Assembly: GCF_009914755.1 (NCBI RefSeq)
Contig: NC_060936.1
Length of the DNA: 64,000 nucleotides
Source of the DNA: the human T2T-CHM13v2.0 reference genome, Homo sapiens
Strand: one strand, 5' to 3'
In this document: positions 44,001 through 60,099 of the stretch, piece after piece
How positions within the stretch are numbered: position 1 is the stretch's first letter
How the letters are laid out: each line of letters begins with the position of its first letter
Position numbers and translations under genes: made by a program
Notes under the pieces: generated by a model
What the model saw: the letters and a program-made list of their open reading frames with translations, nothing else
Databases searched by the model: none
Told to the model about the DNA's origin: nothing

Positions 44001-44409
44001 AAAACGAGTAAAATCCAGCACTCACTGCATTATTGAGCCTACAGAAATCTATGATGAATTTGACAGGGAATATTAGGATAGGTAAAGAATCAAGGGTTTC
44101 ATGAGCAGTCAAGTGGAGGGTGTTACCATTTACTGAGATGAGAAAGACTTGAAGACCAGCTGTTTTTAGGGGTAAAAATGGAAGGTTCTGTGTGGACAAA
44201 GTTAGCCTGAGATGTCAACTATAGACCCAAGCGTAGATGTTGAGTAGGCAACTATAACAGATAAACGAATGAGGAGCTCAAGGGAAAGGCCAGGCTGGGG
44301 ATATAACTAAGATCTATACACTGGATTAGATCATCTAGCTGACTGCACAGTTGAGTAGAGAAGAGAGCCAAGGGCAGAATCCTCAATACTCCAACATGCA
44401 CAGGGTTTA

Positions 44410-44752
44410 TGGGATTGTCTACCCCCCAACAATTCATGTGTACCTCACGTTTCCCATCACCTCTGCAATTTGGTAGGGCCACGTGAGTGGCTCTGGACAA
44501 TGAATGAAGGAAGCATCTAAGGACTGGTTCAAGACCCTCAACTATTCTCATCTCCTGCCTCAAAAATCGTGAATTCTTATGTTTCTGAAGTTAACATGTC
44601 TGTCAACCCTAGGTCCTGAATGAGTATGTGGCTTTAAGACCCTTTCTGATCCACGTCAGACATATAGCATGAAAGAAAAACAAACACTTGTGTGTGAAGC
44701 CATGGAAATTCCAGAGTTAATTTGTTACCTCAGCATAACGTGGCCTAATCCA
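44410..44752. mobile_element. MLT1-like MaLR LTR
   Basis: gccatggaaattccagagttaatttgttacctcagcataac-like MLT1 terminus. Confidence 0.5.
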
Positions 44753-44853
44753 GAATGCCATCATATGATGTGCTTCAACAAAGCACCATTTTTCATTTTT
44801 TTAAAAAGGCGTTATGTGATTTGAGAGGCTGTCAACAAAATATATTGGTGGAT

Positions 44854-45222
44854 GGCTGGGTGTGGTCGTTCATGCCTGTAATCCCAGCACTTTGGGAGGC
44901 CGAGGCAAGCAGATCACTTGAGGTTAGGAGTTCGAGAACAGCCTTACCAACATGGTGAAACCCTATCTCTACTAAAAATACAAAAATTAGCCAGACATGG
45001 TGGTGCAGGCCTGTAGTCCCAGTTACTCGGGAGGCTGAGGCAGGGGAATTGCTATTCAGGAGGCTGAGGTAGGGGAATTGCTTGAACCCGGGAGGCGGGA
45101 GGCGGGAGGCAGGAGGATCACTTTAGCCTGGGAGGCAGAGGTTGTAGTGAGCTGAGAGCACACCACTGCACTCCAGCCTGGGGCAATGGGAGTGAAACCC
45201 TGTCTCAAAAAAAAAAAACAAA
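44854..45222 (+). mobile_element. Alu with internal duplications in the right arm
   Basis: Repeated gaggctgagg(c/t)aggggaattgc and (gggaggc)n. Confidence 0.9.
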
Positions 45223-45424
45223 CATATATACACATATATTTTTATATATGTATTTATATACGTATACACACACATACACACAAATACATGTATATACATA
45301 TATACATATATGTACACACATCCTGCTTATAAAATGAACAAGGAGTTCACGTAAACTAATTCAGATAGAACCTGGAAATATATATATAGGGGTATTTCTG
45401 GCTTCTCTCTGAATATATATGGAT

Positions 45425-45457
<33 letters not shown>

Positions 45458-45475
45458 CACATACATACATATATG
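45223..45475. repeat. (TA)n/(CA)n low-complexity microsatellites
   Basis: TA/CA-rich tract at 45223-45320 and (CA)n at ~45425-45451. Confidence 0.9.
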
Positions 45476-45534
45476 GGTGTTTCTAGCTTCTATCTGAAAT
45501 ACAGTTTAAGTGAACTCCCTGTTCATTTTATAAG
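45326..45534. repeat. ~55-bp imperfect inverted repeat with a nested inner hairpin
   Basis: cttataaaatgaacaaggagttcacgtaaac... versus ...gtttaagtgaactccctgttcattttataag. Confidence 0.9.
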
Positions 45535-45568
45535 TGGAAGGGCAATCCCTGAACCACTGAGTGAATAA

Positions 45569-45955
<387 letters not shown>

Positions 45956-46314
45956 CCCTGATTCTTAAAATTTATGAAGAATTGTTTTTTAATTTATTCC
46001 TTAGATAATTAAAAGAAATAACATTGGTGGATGCCTTGCAACTTTCTAAATTTCTCCTAAAACAATAATCCTCTCCAATATGTCAGCTTTTTTAAATATG
46101 TATGCTTCATTAGACAAACTGATCATAACAGGTATTCTTCATTCATTTGACAGATTTTAATGGAATCTCCACTGTGTTCCAAACATTTTCTTAGGAACCA
46201 AGGAAGTAATGAAATAGAGCCAGTAGTTACCCTCATGATTTATAGTTTTGAAACCTGGAGTATACTTATCTGGTCTCAAACTCAGTTCTGAGATCTTGAG
46301 AGATGGGAAATTAG

Positions 46315-46651
<337 letters not shown>

Positions 46652-47148
46652 TTAATTCTTCATCTGTGAAATGGAAATAACTCCTACCTTGCAGAGTTAC
46701 TGTGTGTATTAAATAAGACAAAATGGGAAGCTGTTTTTATTTAGGCGTTAGAAATGCACTTGGACCACCTTAAAGTGAAAGAGGTTTTACTATACAAACC
46801 GGAACTTTCAAGGTATCTGGGACTATGGCAGTTTGAGCGACCAGTGACTGGATACTCCTTGCATTACTCACTTGTGTCTGTGTCTCTCTGTGTGTCTCTT
46901 TGCTTCTTCCATTGACTTTGCTTCTTCGTACCCTCTCCTCTGTTCTCTCACTTGTATTATTTATGGCTTCTGTTTCTTCACAGCTTCAATCACCATGCCC
47001 CTTCATAGCCCTAACTCTATCCTATGATTTCTTTCTGTGCTTTCTTTCTGCTTCACCCCTCACAGATAACTACTTAATTTCATTTTTTCAGCTCAAACTT
47101 CCAGGAGAATCTGCTGGGATGATTCATTCATTTGGGCATTCAGAACAC

Positions 47149-47150
<2 letters not shown>

Positions 47151-47198
<48 letters not shown>
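47151..47198 (+). repeat. (AC)24 microsatellite
   Basis: Directly visible. Confidence 0.97.
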
Positions 47199-47200
<2 letters not shown>

Positions 47201-47269
47201 TATCTGGGCCCCACTGTTAGGGCCCTCTGAATTATCCCTCCACTCTCATCCTGAAAATGCCTCCTGTTG

Positions 47270-47941
<672 letters not shown>

Positions 47942-48564
47942 ATATTTCTCATCTCTAAAGTGAAGATAATGTAGCCTATCCTGTCTACCTTAGAATTGTT
48001 CAGAAGGCCAAATGTGATATTACATGTAAGACTGTTTTGAAATGTGTGCCTATGAATCTAAGTATCTCATTCATCTCTTCTCTAAACACATCTTTTCATA
48101 TATAAGTGGGGATTCAAGGAAATAAATGCATTATGAAATACAAGAATTTAGGTAACAGTGCATGGAAGACAATGTCACCTAGCTAACATTATTGTTACTT
48201 GTGTCACATTGCTAGGTACTGCTATCCCAGTTTACCTGTCACAAAACCCAGGGTTAGAGAAGCTCATGTTATAAATAAACTTTCAGTGCCACAAAAGAAA
48301 TAGCACTCGAATATAAAATTTTTTTTTTAATTCTCAGCAAGGCAAGGTACTTCTATAGAAGGGTGCGTCCTTACAGATGGAGCAATGGTGAGCGCACACT
48401 TGGACAAGGGAGGGGAAGGGGTTCTTATCCCTGACGCACGTGGCCCCTGCTGCTGTGTAGTGCCCCACCGCACAGGCTAAACTAATTCCGATTGGCTAAT
48501 CTAAAGAGAGTGATGGGGGTGAGTGGTTTGGCGGGAAAAACAGTTATGACAGAGCAGGTAATCT

Positions 48565-48671
48565 GAGTCAGGGTGGCGTAGGTAATGGGAAGGAGTCAGG
48601 GTGGAGTAGGTAATGGGAAGGAGTCAGGGTGGAGTAGGTAATGGGAAGGAGTCAGAGTGCAGCAGGTAATC
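48565..48671. repeat. 28-bp VNTR (~3.8 units) gagtcagggtggagtaggtaatgggaag
   Basis: Units start at 48565, 48593, 48621 and 48649. Confidence 0.95.
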
Positions 48672-48683
48672 GAAAAAGGTTGT

Positions 48684-49089
<406 letters not shown>

Positions 49090-49129
49090 TCATATCTAAC
49101 ATGAAGCAACTCCCTCAACGTTCTGAAGG

Positions 49130-49520
49130 CTATTAAAGAGAAATTATTCATCTGAGGCTTGTTAAAAACGGCAAGACTTTACTCAGGACTACTGCAATAG
49201 GTGAGAGAGACTGAATTCGACTCTAGAATACAACCGGGACCAGTGGAGATTTATAGCCAGGGGGCGGGATGGAAGGGATGAAAGAGAAGATGGGAAATTA
49301 CCAGAACGTGGTAAGCTATCTGGGGGAGGGGGAGGAGGTACTTTACTAGATATCAAGGGCCTTAGAAGAGAGCATCAACAGTGAGGTCTCTCTTGATAAA
49401 CAGGCTTAGCAGGATTCTTTGGTAAAACCAGGCTCAGCAGGCCGAGGATGCCGTCTAGTATAGAAAAGGCCTCAAAGGAGCCCGACTAAAGTTTGGTCAC
49501 GGAGGGCGTCTGTCCCGGCG
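49130..49520 (-). mobile_element. Old ERV1-type LTR fragment (MER31/MER67-like)
   Basis: aaattattc...ttgttaaaaacggcaagactttactcaggactactgcaatagg, resemblance by eye. Confidence 0.4.
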
Positions 49521-50400
49521 GAGTTGGGGTGGGTGGGTCTAAGTCTACAGACCTGGCCGACGCTACGTCCCTAAGGTTAGGGACTAACAGACCTCATAGA
49601 ACACAGTCTGTTGGTCGCTGTACACCCGTGAGGGGTTCATCACAGTGGCCAGCTATAAGACGAACGGTTGCATTCCAGCCTCAATCGCAACAACCACAAA
49701 TCAGTGCGCCGGCTTCCTTATCTGCCCCGAACGCAGGCTGCCGGCTATCGAGGGAAGGAATCCTACCGCGGACTCCGCGGGCGGGGCCTCCCGCACCTGC
49801 CGCGCGCCAATCACAGGCCGGCGCGCAGGGGCGCAAGCGCCGCAGCCCTGGGCGGGGCCCCCGTGGCTCCCTCGTCTCCCCCGCCCCGTCGGCCTCGCCC
49901 GGCCCTGAGTGGCCTTCGGGGATGACGTGCGAGGCCGCCTCGGCCTATGGCGGCGGAGCCGGCCGGCTGCTTGGCGGAAGTGGTGTGGGGGAGGTAGCCC
50001 GCAGTGCAGGGGCAGCGCGGCGCGGGGCCACCGACGGGACGCGGCTCCGGGAACATGGCTCGCTTCGCTCTGACTGTTGTCCGGCAGTGAGTATGGCTGT
50101 GGCAGGATGTCTTTCTCTCTCTCTTCCTTGAGTGTGTTGGAGCGGGTGAAGGGAAAACGGGTCTACCACCCTCTCCCCTCCCTGCTCGCTCCAGCCCGGG
50201 AGGGCTGGCTTGGAAGCGCTTTTTCCGGGGCGCTTGCCCTGGGGCCGTCCCGTGTCGCCCCTCCTCTCACCCCAGCAGCCCCGAGGGACGACGGCAGGTC
50301 TTAGATAGCTTCGTTCCGTGTTTCAGATAAAGTGAGGCCCGGAGGAGCAAGGGATCGGGGTTCGTAGGCACTTGGTGGCTGCACCAAAAACGGTGCCAGA
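49490..50400. promoter_or_regulatory. TIGAR: TIGAR CpG-island promoter (GC boxes, CCAAT at 49807-49811, CRE/HRE-like TGACGTG at ~49923)
   Basis: Dense CpG; GGGCGGGG boxes at ~49779 and ~49850 upstream of the TIGAR ATG. Confidence 0.9.
50055..50086 (+). CDS. TIGAR: TIGAR (fructose-2,6-bisphosphatase) coding exon 1
   Basis: aacATGG; MARFALTVVR+CA; donor CA|gtgagt; 32 nt; joins exon 2 to give the RHG histidine-phosphatase motif. Confidence 0.97.
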
Positions 50401-50419
50401 CATGTCCACAGACTTGTCT
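50398..50419. promoter_or_regulatory. TIGAR: p53 response element in TIGAR intron 1
   Basis: AGACATGTCC-ac-AGACTTGTCT: two perfect RRRCWWGYYY decamers with a 2-bp spacer. Confidence 0.92.
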
Positions 50420-50769
50420 GGGTACCGATTTTGCTCCCCAGCAGATTGCAAAGAGTTTGCAGAATTGCTCGTCCATGGCTGATGTTTTTGATGCCGGCTG
50501 CCTTCCGCTATCCTCTCAGTTTCTGAGGTTCCCCCTCGTTTCCCCAGGCAGTCAGCCCCCCAGGCACATATATGAGACTTCTTTCTTTTCCCCAGAGGTT
50601 ACAGTTCTGGGAGAGAAAAGAGGATCACAGCTCTGATCTCAGCAGACCGTATCATCCCAAATAAATGTTTTTATTATCATAACGTTACACGGAGCTGCAT
50701 GCTGATAGGTCTTTATGTATTTGCCAAGTGTTAACGGGAGGTGAAAATCAGGGTAGTTAAGAGCACAGA

Positions 50770-51075
50770 TTTTTATTTTTATTTTTTTTTTTTTGTGAGA
50801 TGGAGCCTCGCTCTGTCACCCAGGCTGGAGTGCAGTGGCGCTATCTCTGCTCACTGCAACCTCCCGCCTCCGGGGTTCAAGCGATTCTCCTGCTTCAGCC
50901 TCCCGAGTAGCTGGGATTACAGGCATGCGCCACCACGCCCGGCTAATTTTTGTATTTTTAGTAGAGACAGGGTTTCGCCATGTTGGTCAGGCAGGTCTGG
51001 AACTCCTGACCTTAAGTGATCCGACTACCTCGGCCTCGCAAAGTGTTGGGATTACAGGCATGAGCCACCGCGCCC
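50770..51075 (-). mobile_element. AluS element
   Basis: Reverse dimer; TSD taagagcacagatttt. Confidence 0.95.
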
Positions 51076-51767
51076 TGCTAAGAGCACAGATTTTTCAGGC
51101 AAGGTAGACCTCGGTTGGAGTCTGTTCTCCAGCTAAGAGCCAGGTAGCCTGGACTTAAGTTTCCTGATATGCAAATGATAGTGCGTATCTCACTACTTTA
51201 ATGCGAGAATTAAATGGGGGACAGGTAAAGTGTATGATGCAACAGGGAAAGAAATATATCTGAGAAATAACTTCTATAAAGAAAGCTCCAATAAAAGTGC
51301 AGTTGATTCCCAAATACGAACGTATAGTTCAGCACACCAGCATTTTGAGTAGGTAATGTGTGCCAGTAGACTGGATCATACAGATAAATAACATACCATT
51401 TCTGCATTCATGGAGCTCACAAAGGACATTAATATGATTTAACTTTGTCAATTGACTTTAACAGCTATCTTTTCTGGCCTGTCCTTCCTTTATAAGAAAG
51501 ATAATCTTAAGAATCCTCTAAAATTGTCTGTTTAGGATTAGCAGGATTTTAATGGCTACCTTAGAAATCTAGTTCCTCACTATCTCTTCTCCCACCCCTC
51601 TCGGTTGTATAGAATGCCTTGGGAGAATTCTTAACTTACTAAAGGTCACACAGCTAATCGGTAGCAGAACAGGAACTAGAGGCCTGATCACCCTTTCTTC
51701 CAATGTTAGTGCACTTTCTAGACGCCTGACCCAGCCAGCCCAGTGTCATATTTATAATTGAAACTCA

Positions 51768-52076
51768 GACCATCAAGGTGGTTCACCCCTGTAATCCTAG
51801 CACGTTGGGGGGCGGAAGTGGGTGGATCCCTTGAGCACAGGAGTTCAAGACCAGCCTGGGCAACATGGTGAAACCTCCTCTCTACAAAAAAAAAAAAAAA
51901 AAGCTGGCTGTGGTGGTGCATGCCTGTGAACCTAGCTAATAGGGGAGGCTGAGGCAGGAAGATCACTTGGATCATGTGAGCCTGGGAAGTGAGGGCTGTA
52001 GTGAGCTGTGATTGGGCCACTGCACCCCAGCCTAAGCGACACAGTGGGACCCTGTCTCAAAAAGAAAAAAAAGAAA
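51768..52076 (+). mobile_element. AluJ element
   Basis: Diverged dimer; TSD aaactcaga. Confidence 0.9.
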
Positions 52077-53107
52077 ACTCAGAAGTTGTAGAATATTTGG
52101 GGTAAGGCAACCCCTAAAAAGTAAGATGATTCCTATTTAGATTCCTAATAGACAATAGTCATATAAATATGGATTTTATTCCCTTTCTGCTGCTTAAAAA
52201 GGGTTTGATTCCGGAGGCCCTCATAGGAATCATTTAAAAAATAAGTCTTAATAAATGATTATTTGCCAGGCACTGTTGTAATTAAAATCTGACAGTTTAG
52301 TGAGTTAAGGACTGATATCCTCATTTTTCACATGAGGCAGCTGAGACAGAGACGCCTTGTAACTTGCTTAAAGTCACATGGCAAGTTGAGGAAGTAGGAG
52401 TTTAACCAAAGCAACTTTACCACTCACCGTCTTTTGTTTCCTACTTAATTTGTTAAAACCCGGTATTTGTAGATTACTTGAACATCACCAGCCATTTTTG
52501 AGGCTACTTTTTAGTCTCTTAATATAATTGTGTGGAGTTATGACAATAGTTTATTTTGTTCTGTTTTATGTGTAGGAAGATGGAGTGAGAGGGCTGGTTC
52601 AATGCTTTCCGGTCTGGATCCTCCTGCTTCTTGCCTTCAGAGTTCTCAAAACCAAAACCTGGTGATTCTTTCAGGAAAAGAAGTGATTTTTAAATTTGAC
52701 TCATTATCACCATAGTTAAATGTAATGACTTTTTGAAGAGTTAGATAATTTTATTGGACTTACCTCTTCAGATAATGCAAAAAAATCTTTAAAGCAATTT
52801 AAGTTCAACAGAACCTGTTAGGAATCTTGTGCTGTTCCTGTATGTGGTTTATCTTTCTTCATACTTTGAAATGAAAGTACCAGTGTGTATCATTTCTGGA
52901 ACAGACTGCCCAAGATTCCAGAATTCAAGTCTATCATCATTGTCAGACTATAACTTCTCATGAGCTTATGGCACAGCATTGTTGAAAACTCCAACACGTG
53001 TAGGTTGGCATTACCATCACCTATCCAGCACTACTGAAGGGTCTGGTTCCTTGGAATGTTGTAGGTGTTTGCAGTGAGTCCCCGGCAAAACCATCCATTT
53101 AACTTCC

Positions 53108-53611
53108 TTTTTTTTTTTTTTTTTGGAAATATGTGTGCCTTTATTAGCTGAGCCACTACTTGAGGGGGATGAAGCGGGAGGAGTGGGTGGCCCCGATGCC
53201 GGGCCGGCAGTGCTTCACCAGCTTATAGGTGATGGAGAACTCGCCCAGGTAGTGACCGATCATCTCCGGCTTGATCTCCACCTGGTTGAAGGTCTTGCCG
53301 TTGTAGACGCCCACCATGCTGCCCACCATCTTGGGCAGGATGATCATGTCCCGCAGGTGCGTCTTCACCACTTCCGGCTTCTCCATGGGCGGTGCCTCCT
53401 TCTTGGCCTTGCGCAGGCGCTTCAGCAGCGAGTTCTGTTTCCGCCGCAGGCCCGGGTTCACTTGCGGCCGCTGGCACGCACTGTACAGCTGCGTCAGCTG
53501 CTCGCAGGACACGTCCCGCAGCTGGTCCAAGTCTGTGCCGCGGTAGGTGAGTTTGCGGAAGGTCCGCTTCTTCTGCTCTACCTCGGCCATCTTGTCGGAT
53601 CCTCAGAAAAG
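53108..53611 (-). pseudogene. Processed pseudogene (retrocopy) of ribosomal protein S15/uS19, ORF intact (53156..53590)
   Basis: MAEVEQKK...[12 protein letters not shown]; intronless; AATAAA on minus (53140-53145); poly-A tail (T run 53108-53124); TSD-like tt(a/c)acttcc. Confidence 0.97.
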
Positions 53612-53696
53612 TTCACTTCCATTTTTAGGCAGCTCGTAAAGCTTTAAAATTTTTTGGCAAACTAAATTTAATATACTTTTAATGATTTAAAAATGA

Positions 53697-54026
<330 letters not shown>

Positions 54027-54259
54027 TAGTAAAGTTACTGATAGCAAAACTGATTTTTCTTACTGTACTTTTATTGGCAGTTACTTTTTGTGTAATGCTA
54101 ATAATTGTTCTGTATATTAATAAAGCAAGCAAAATACTATTAGCTCATCTGTAATTTAGTATTTTTATAAAGCTAATACTTTTATAAAATTTTAATGCTC
54201 TATAAAAGTATAAAGATACCTTGTACAGATACTTTATAAAGATCAAAGACAGCCGAAAG

Positions 54260-54618
<359 letters not shown>

Positions 54619-55754
54619 TTAGGACTAAGCTGTATTCGTGATATCAGGTGAGGGTTTACATTTTCATTTACACTAAAGAACAGCTTTCCCATGATTTGTT
54701 CCTCCTTTGTAGCACGCTGAGTATTGTGTGTTGAATTTGAATTCCTTAAATGGAATTAAGGGAAATTGAGGTTTCTGTATGATTTTTGAAGAAATGCTGC
54801 AGCGTATAAATCCAGGCTAACAAGATATAATGTCTTTTAAGAACTGTGAGATAACCTACAAAATGAATGATGTATATTTGTAGGGCCTATAAATGGCTGA
54901 TCCTAAGACTTAACATCTTGGCAGAAGCACTCGGATTCCTGCAGAGTCAGGTTTCTGTTTTGGAAATGGACCACACTGCAGATTTTGAAAATGAGTGGTG
55001 TTATTCCTGACTCCTTCAAAATATATCCCTCTGACCTTTCAGCTCCGTTCACCTTCTCTGCTGCTATCACAAGTCAGACTTGGTTAAGGGAAATAGATTA
55101 ATAGTAAAACTGTTTTAGCCATCAAGTTTCCTTTCCCATTCCCCAAACGTACTAATTAAACAGTTACTTCAAGGATTTATATAAACCTCTTAATAAAGCT
55201 GATAAAAGCTGTACAACTAAATATTTATGAAAGCTTTTGGAAAAAAATCTATTTTTGGATTCCTACTCTTTAATATTTATAAAGTGATTTGAACGCAAAA
55301 ATGCCAAATAGAACTAAACTGAATGCTGTGATTGTTAATAATACTATTGAGTCTACAGCAGCCTCTGTTGATATATGGCTAAATGAGTCCTTCATTATAT
55401 CACAGTGGTTATGCTGCTTTCACTGAAAATCGTTAGATGGTGGGGCAGTACTTTTATGAAACTATCAAATTTCTGGGATTCCATTTTTTATAAAATGACA
55501 TTTTGACAGTGTAAACCTTTATTTTAATTTGAATCTTTCATTATCTACTTTGATTAAATAAAAATGCTGAGTTACTCTTCAGCAAGTATACAAAAAGTAA
55601 TCATCTCTGCCAAATTTCTGTGATTTGTAAATTCTGAGTTTTTTTGGTGGCTCTTGCATGATTTCTTGGTTGGCAAATTATTAAATTTCTTCTCACCCCT
55701 CATTTCAAAATGAGGGTGCTTCTTTGGCTTTGGCTGGAAATTGTGTTAGCAACC

Positions 55755-56452
<698 letters not shown>

Positions 56453-56485
56453 GGGCTACAAGCCACTGTCTAGCGAGGATGTTAC

Positions 56486-56745
<260 letters not shown>

Positions 56746-56960
56746 CGAGGATGTTACTTATATTGAAATAACAGATATTTTATTCTTGGTCTCAGCAAGA
56801 TTTTGAGGCTGAGACAGGAAGTGAATCCAATACATGGTAACTATTTTCTAGATTAAAAATGACAGGTTCCCCATGTTTGCCCTGAATGCTTCTGCTTTAT
56901 CCATCTGAATGGTAGAGGCTAATATCCTCTTTCATGCCCATTTTATAAGATTCTGAATGA

Positions 56961-57276
<316 letters not shown>

Positions 57277-57279
57277 TAA

Positions 57280-57655
<376 letters not shown>

Positions 57656-58072
57656 AGTTCTGTGTAATTTTATTTCTTTATCATACGTTTATTTTTTAAG
57701 CTAATACATCTACATATTTAGAAATCAAAACAATTCTCCGTAGTCTTCCTATTCTTCCCCCAACCAATAGGTGGCCACATTTATTAGTTTCATGTTTATC
57801 CTTCCATTGTTTCTTTGTGCAGATCCAGATGTTTATTTCCCTCCTTTCTAAAAGGGTAGCTTTCTTTTTATATTACTCTATACCCTGCTTTTTCTACTTA
57901 ATCATATATCTTGGTGAGCATTCCATATCTTTACATATAATCTCTCTCTTTAAAGGACACATTTACATAGGATTCCATTAGGTAGATATGTCACTGTTTA
58001 TTTGTTAATATAAATAATGGTTATTCTGGCCATAGTTAAGGAATGAGTTATGGACATTTGGGTTGTTTATAA

Positions 58073-58417
<345 letters not shown>

Positions 58418-60061
58418 CACAAATAATCTTTTAAATATGAGTGAATTCAGTTATTCCCAGTAATTGGGTTATTGGATAAAAGGGTAAACAGATTTGTCAT
58501 TTTGATAGGTATTTCCAGATGACCCTCCCTAGGTAAAAGCACATTCACTGAAGTTCTGTCATTTCCCAGCATTTTCTCCAGGCCCTGGGCATGTTGAGGG
58601 TATGCAATCCCTGCTTGTGCCTTTAAGGAACTGGAGCCAGGATAGACACAGAGCTAAAAAGTCAATTAGCACACAGATGAAAACTTATGTTGGTAGTGCC
58701 AGGGGACCATGGGAGTATAGAGTGTGGGTATTAAATAGAGTAGGTAGATGGGGAATGGTACTGGGGAGGGAGACTACCTAAAAGAACCAGTCTTGTGTTG
58801 GGTCTTAAAGAACATTCATATTGGCCAAATCCAGCAATCTGTATCTTGGCAGAGGTTGGCATACAGCTGTTTTTGTAAACAAGCGGCAAGATTCCAGGAT
58901 GAGGCCTGAGTTTGTGATTCTGACTTCCAGGTCTGGTAGATTTTTTTTTCTAGATCTGAGTAAATCAGTCCTATGTGACATTTTAATTATTATAAACTAG
59001 TGCTTCACTTAAAAACAATGGAGCGATCATTTTCCATCGAAATCAAGGAAATGCAAATTAAAATTAAAGTGAGATGAATTGTTCAGGTACCAGATTGGTA
59101 CAAATTGAAGAAACCTTCCATCACTGAATCTTGTTGAGGGTGGTACACCACACTACAGGGTGGTGTAACCTGCTATGACACTGGCATTACCTAATAAAGC
59201 TGGTATTTGCATACCTTATGGCCCAGCAATTCTAGTGGTAGGTTGGGTCAGCAAACATTTAATTAGTGCTCAAAGAAATTTCAGCTGAATTCTCTTTGAT
59301 TCTACTTTTCATGTATTTGAAAGTTGCATTATTGTTAACCTATCCTGCTGTCTGTCCAGTCTTGCCCATGCACTTCCCGCCCTTTTCCCCCTCCAGCCTC
59401 AGTAACCCCAGTTATTTTCTGACAAAGTTTCCAGTTCTTTTACCCTTCCGGTTGGTTCAGATTGCTTTGATTTGTTTTGGTATTTTAGTTTTTAAAAGTG
59501 TAGTACTCAAACCTCAGTTCAGTGTGCAGTTAGTTGGTCTGCGAGATAGCTGTCAGTACTACAAAAAATAACTGCTGAAGACCTAGGAACTAAGAGAAGG
59601 CAGGGGGTTCTGAAGGTTTGTGCACGTCTCTCCCATTCCATTCAGATTCTCTTTCACTTGCTCATTCAGTCCAGCAATGAATAGACTGACTCTCACGTTT
59701 TTGTTCCTGCTGCCAGTAAGAGTAGTTTTGATCAATATATTTCTTTTAACAAAATTATTTGGCTGAAATGTTATTTGCATTATATTTTTTAGTAGGATTT
59801 TCCACCTGCAATTCACTTAAGATTGGTTCCTGATCTACACGTTTTAGTTTGGAGTAGTTTGAAATTCTTAGCTCTTCATTAAAGAAGACAATTGCAAATA
59901 TTAGTTTAGAATAAATTGTTTTTACAGGTTGGATTATGAAGTGTGTTACAAGTTTCACATGATATTTTTAGAGTATCACCACACTTGATTGCTCATTTTT
60001 TTCCTCCTCTCAAAAACAGTATAATTTGGCTAATAAGGTTGTCCTTCTCTTTCTATTTTAG

Positions 60062-60099
60062 TGGAGAAACAAGATTTAACAAGGAGAAAATAATCCAAG
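60062..60099 (+). CDS. TIGAR: TIGAR coding exon 2 (38 nt); gene continues beyond the window
   Basis: ttag|T GGA GAA ACA AGA TTT AAC AAG GAG AAA ATA ATC CAA G|gttggt = (H)GETRFNKEKIIQ(G). Confidence 0.96.

Noticed and set aside
48565-48671. 28-bp repeats as a CRISPR-like array
   Set aside because: Head-to-tail units with no unique spacers; eukaryotic LTR VNTR
49493-50131. 212-aa ORF over the TIGAR promoter
   Set aside because: CpG-island artefact, non-ATG start, out of frame with the TIGAR CDS
53123-53647. 174-aa plus-strand ORF
   Set aside because: Antisense shadow of the RPS15 retrocopy
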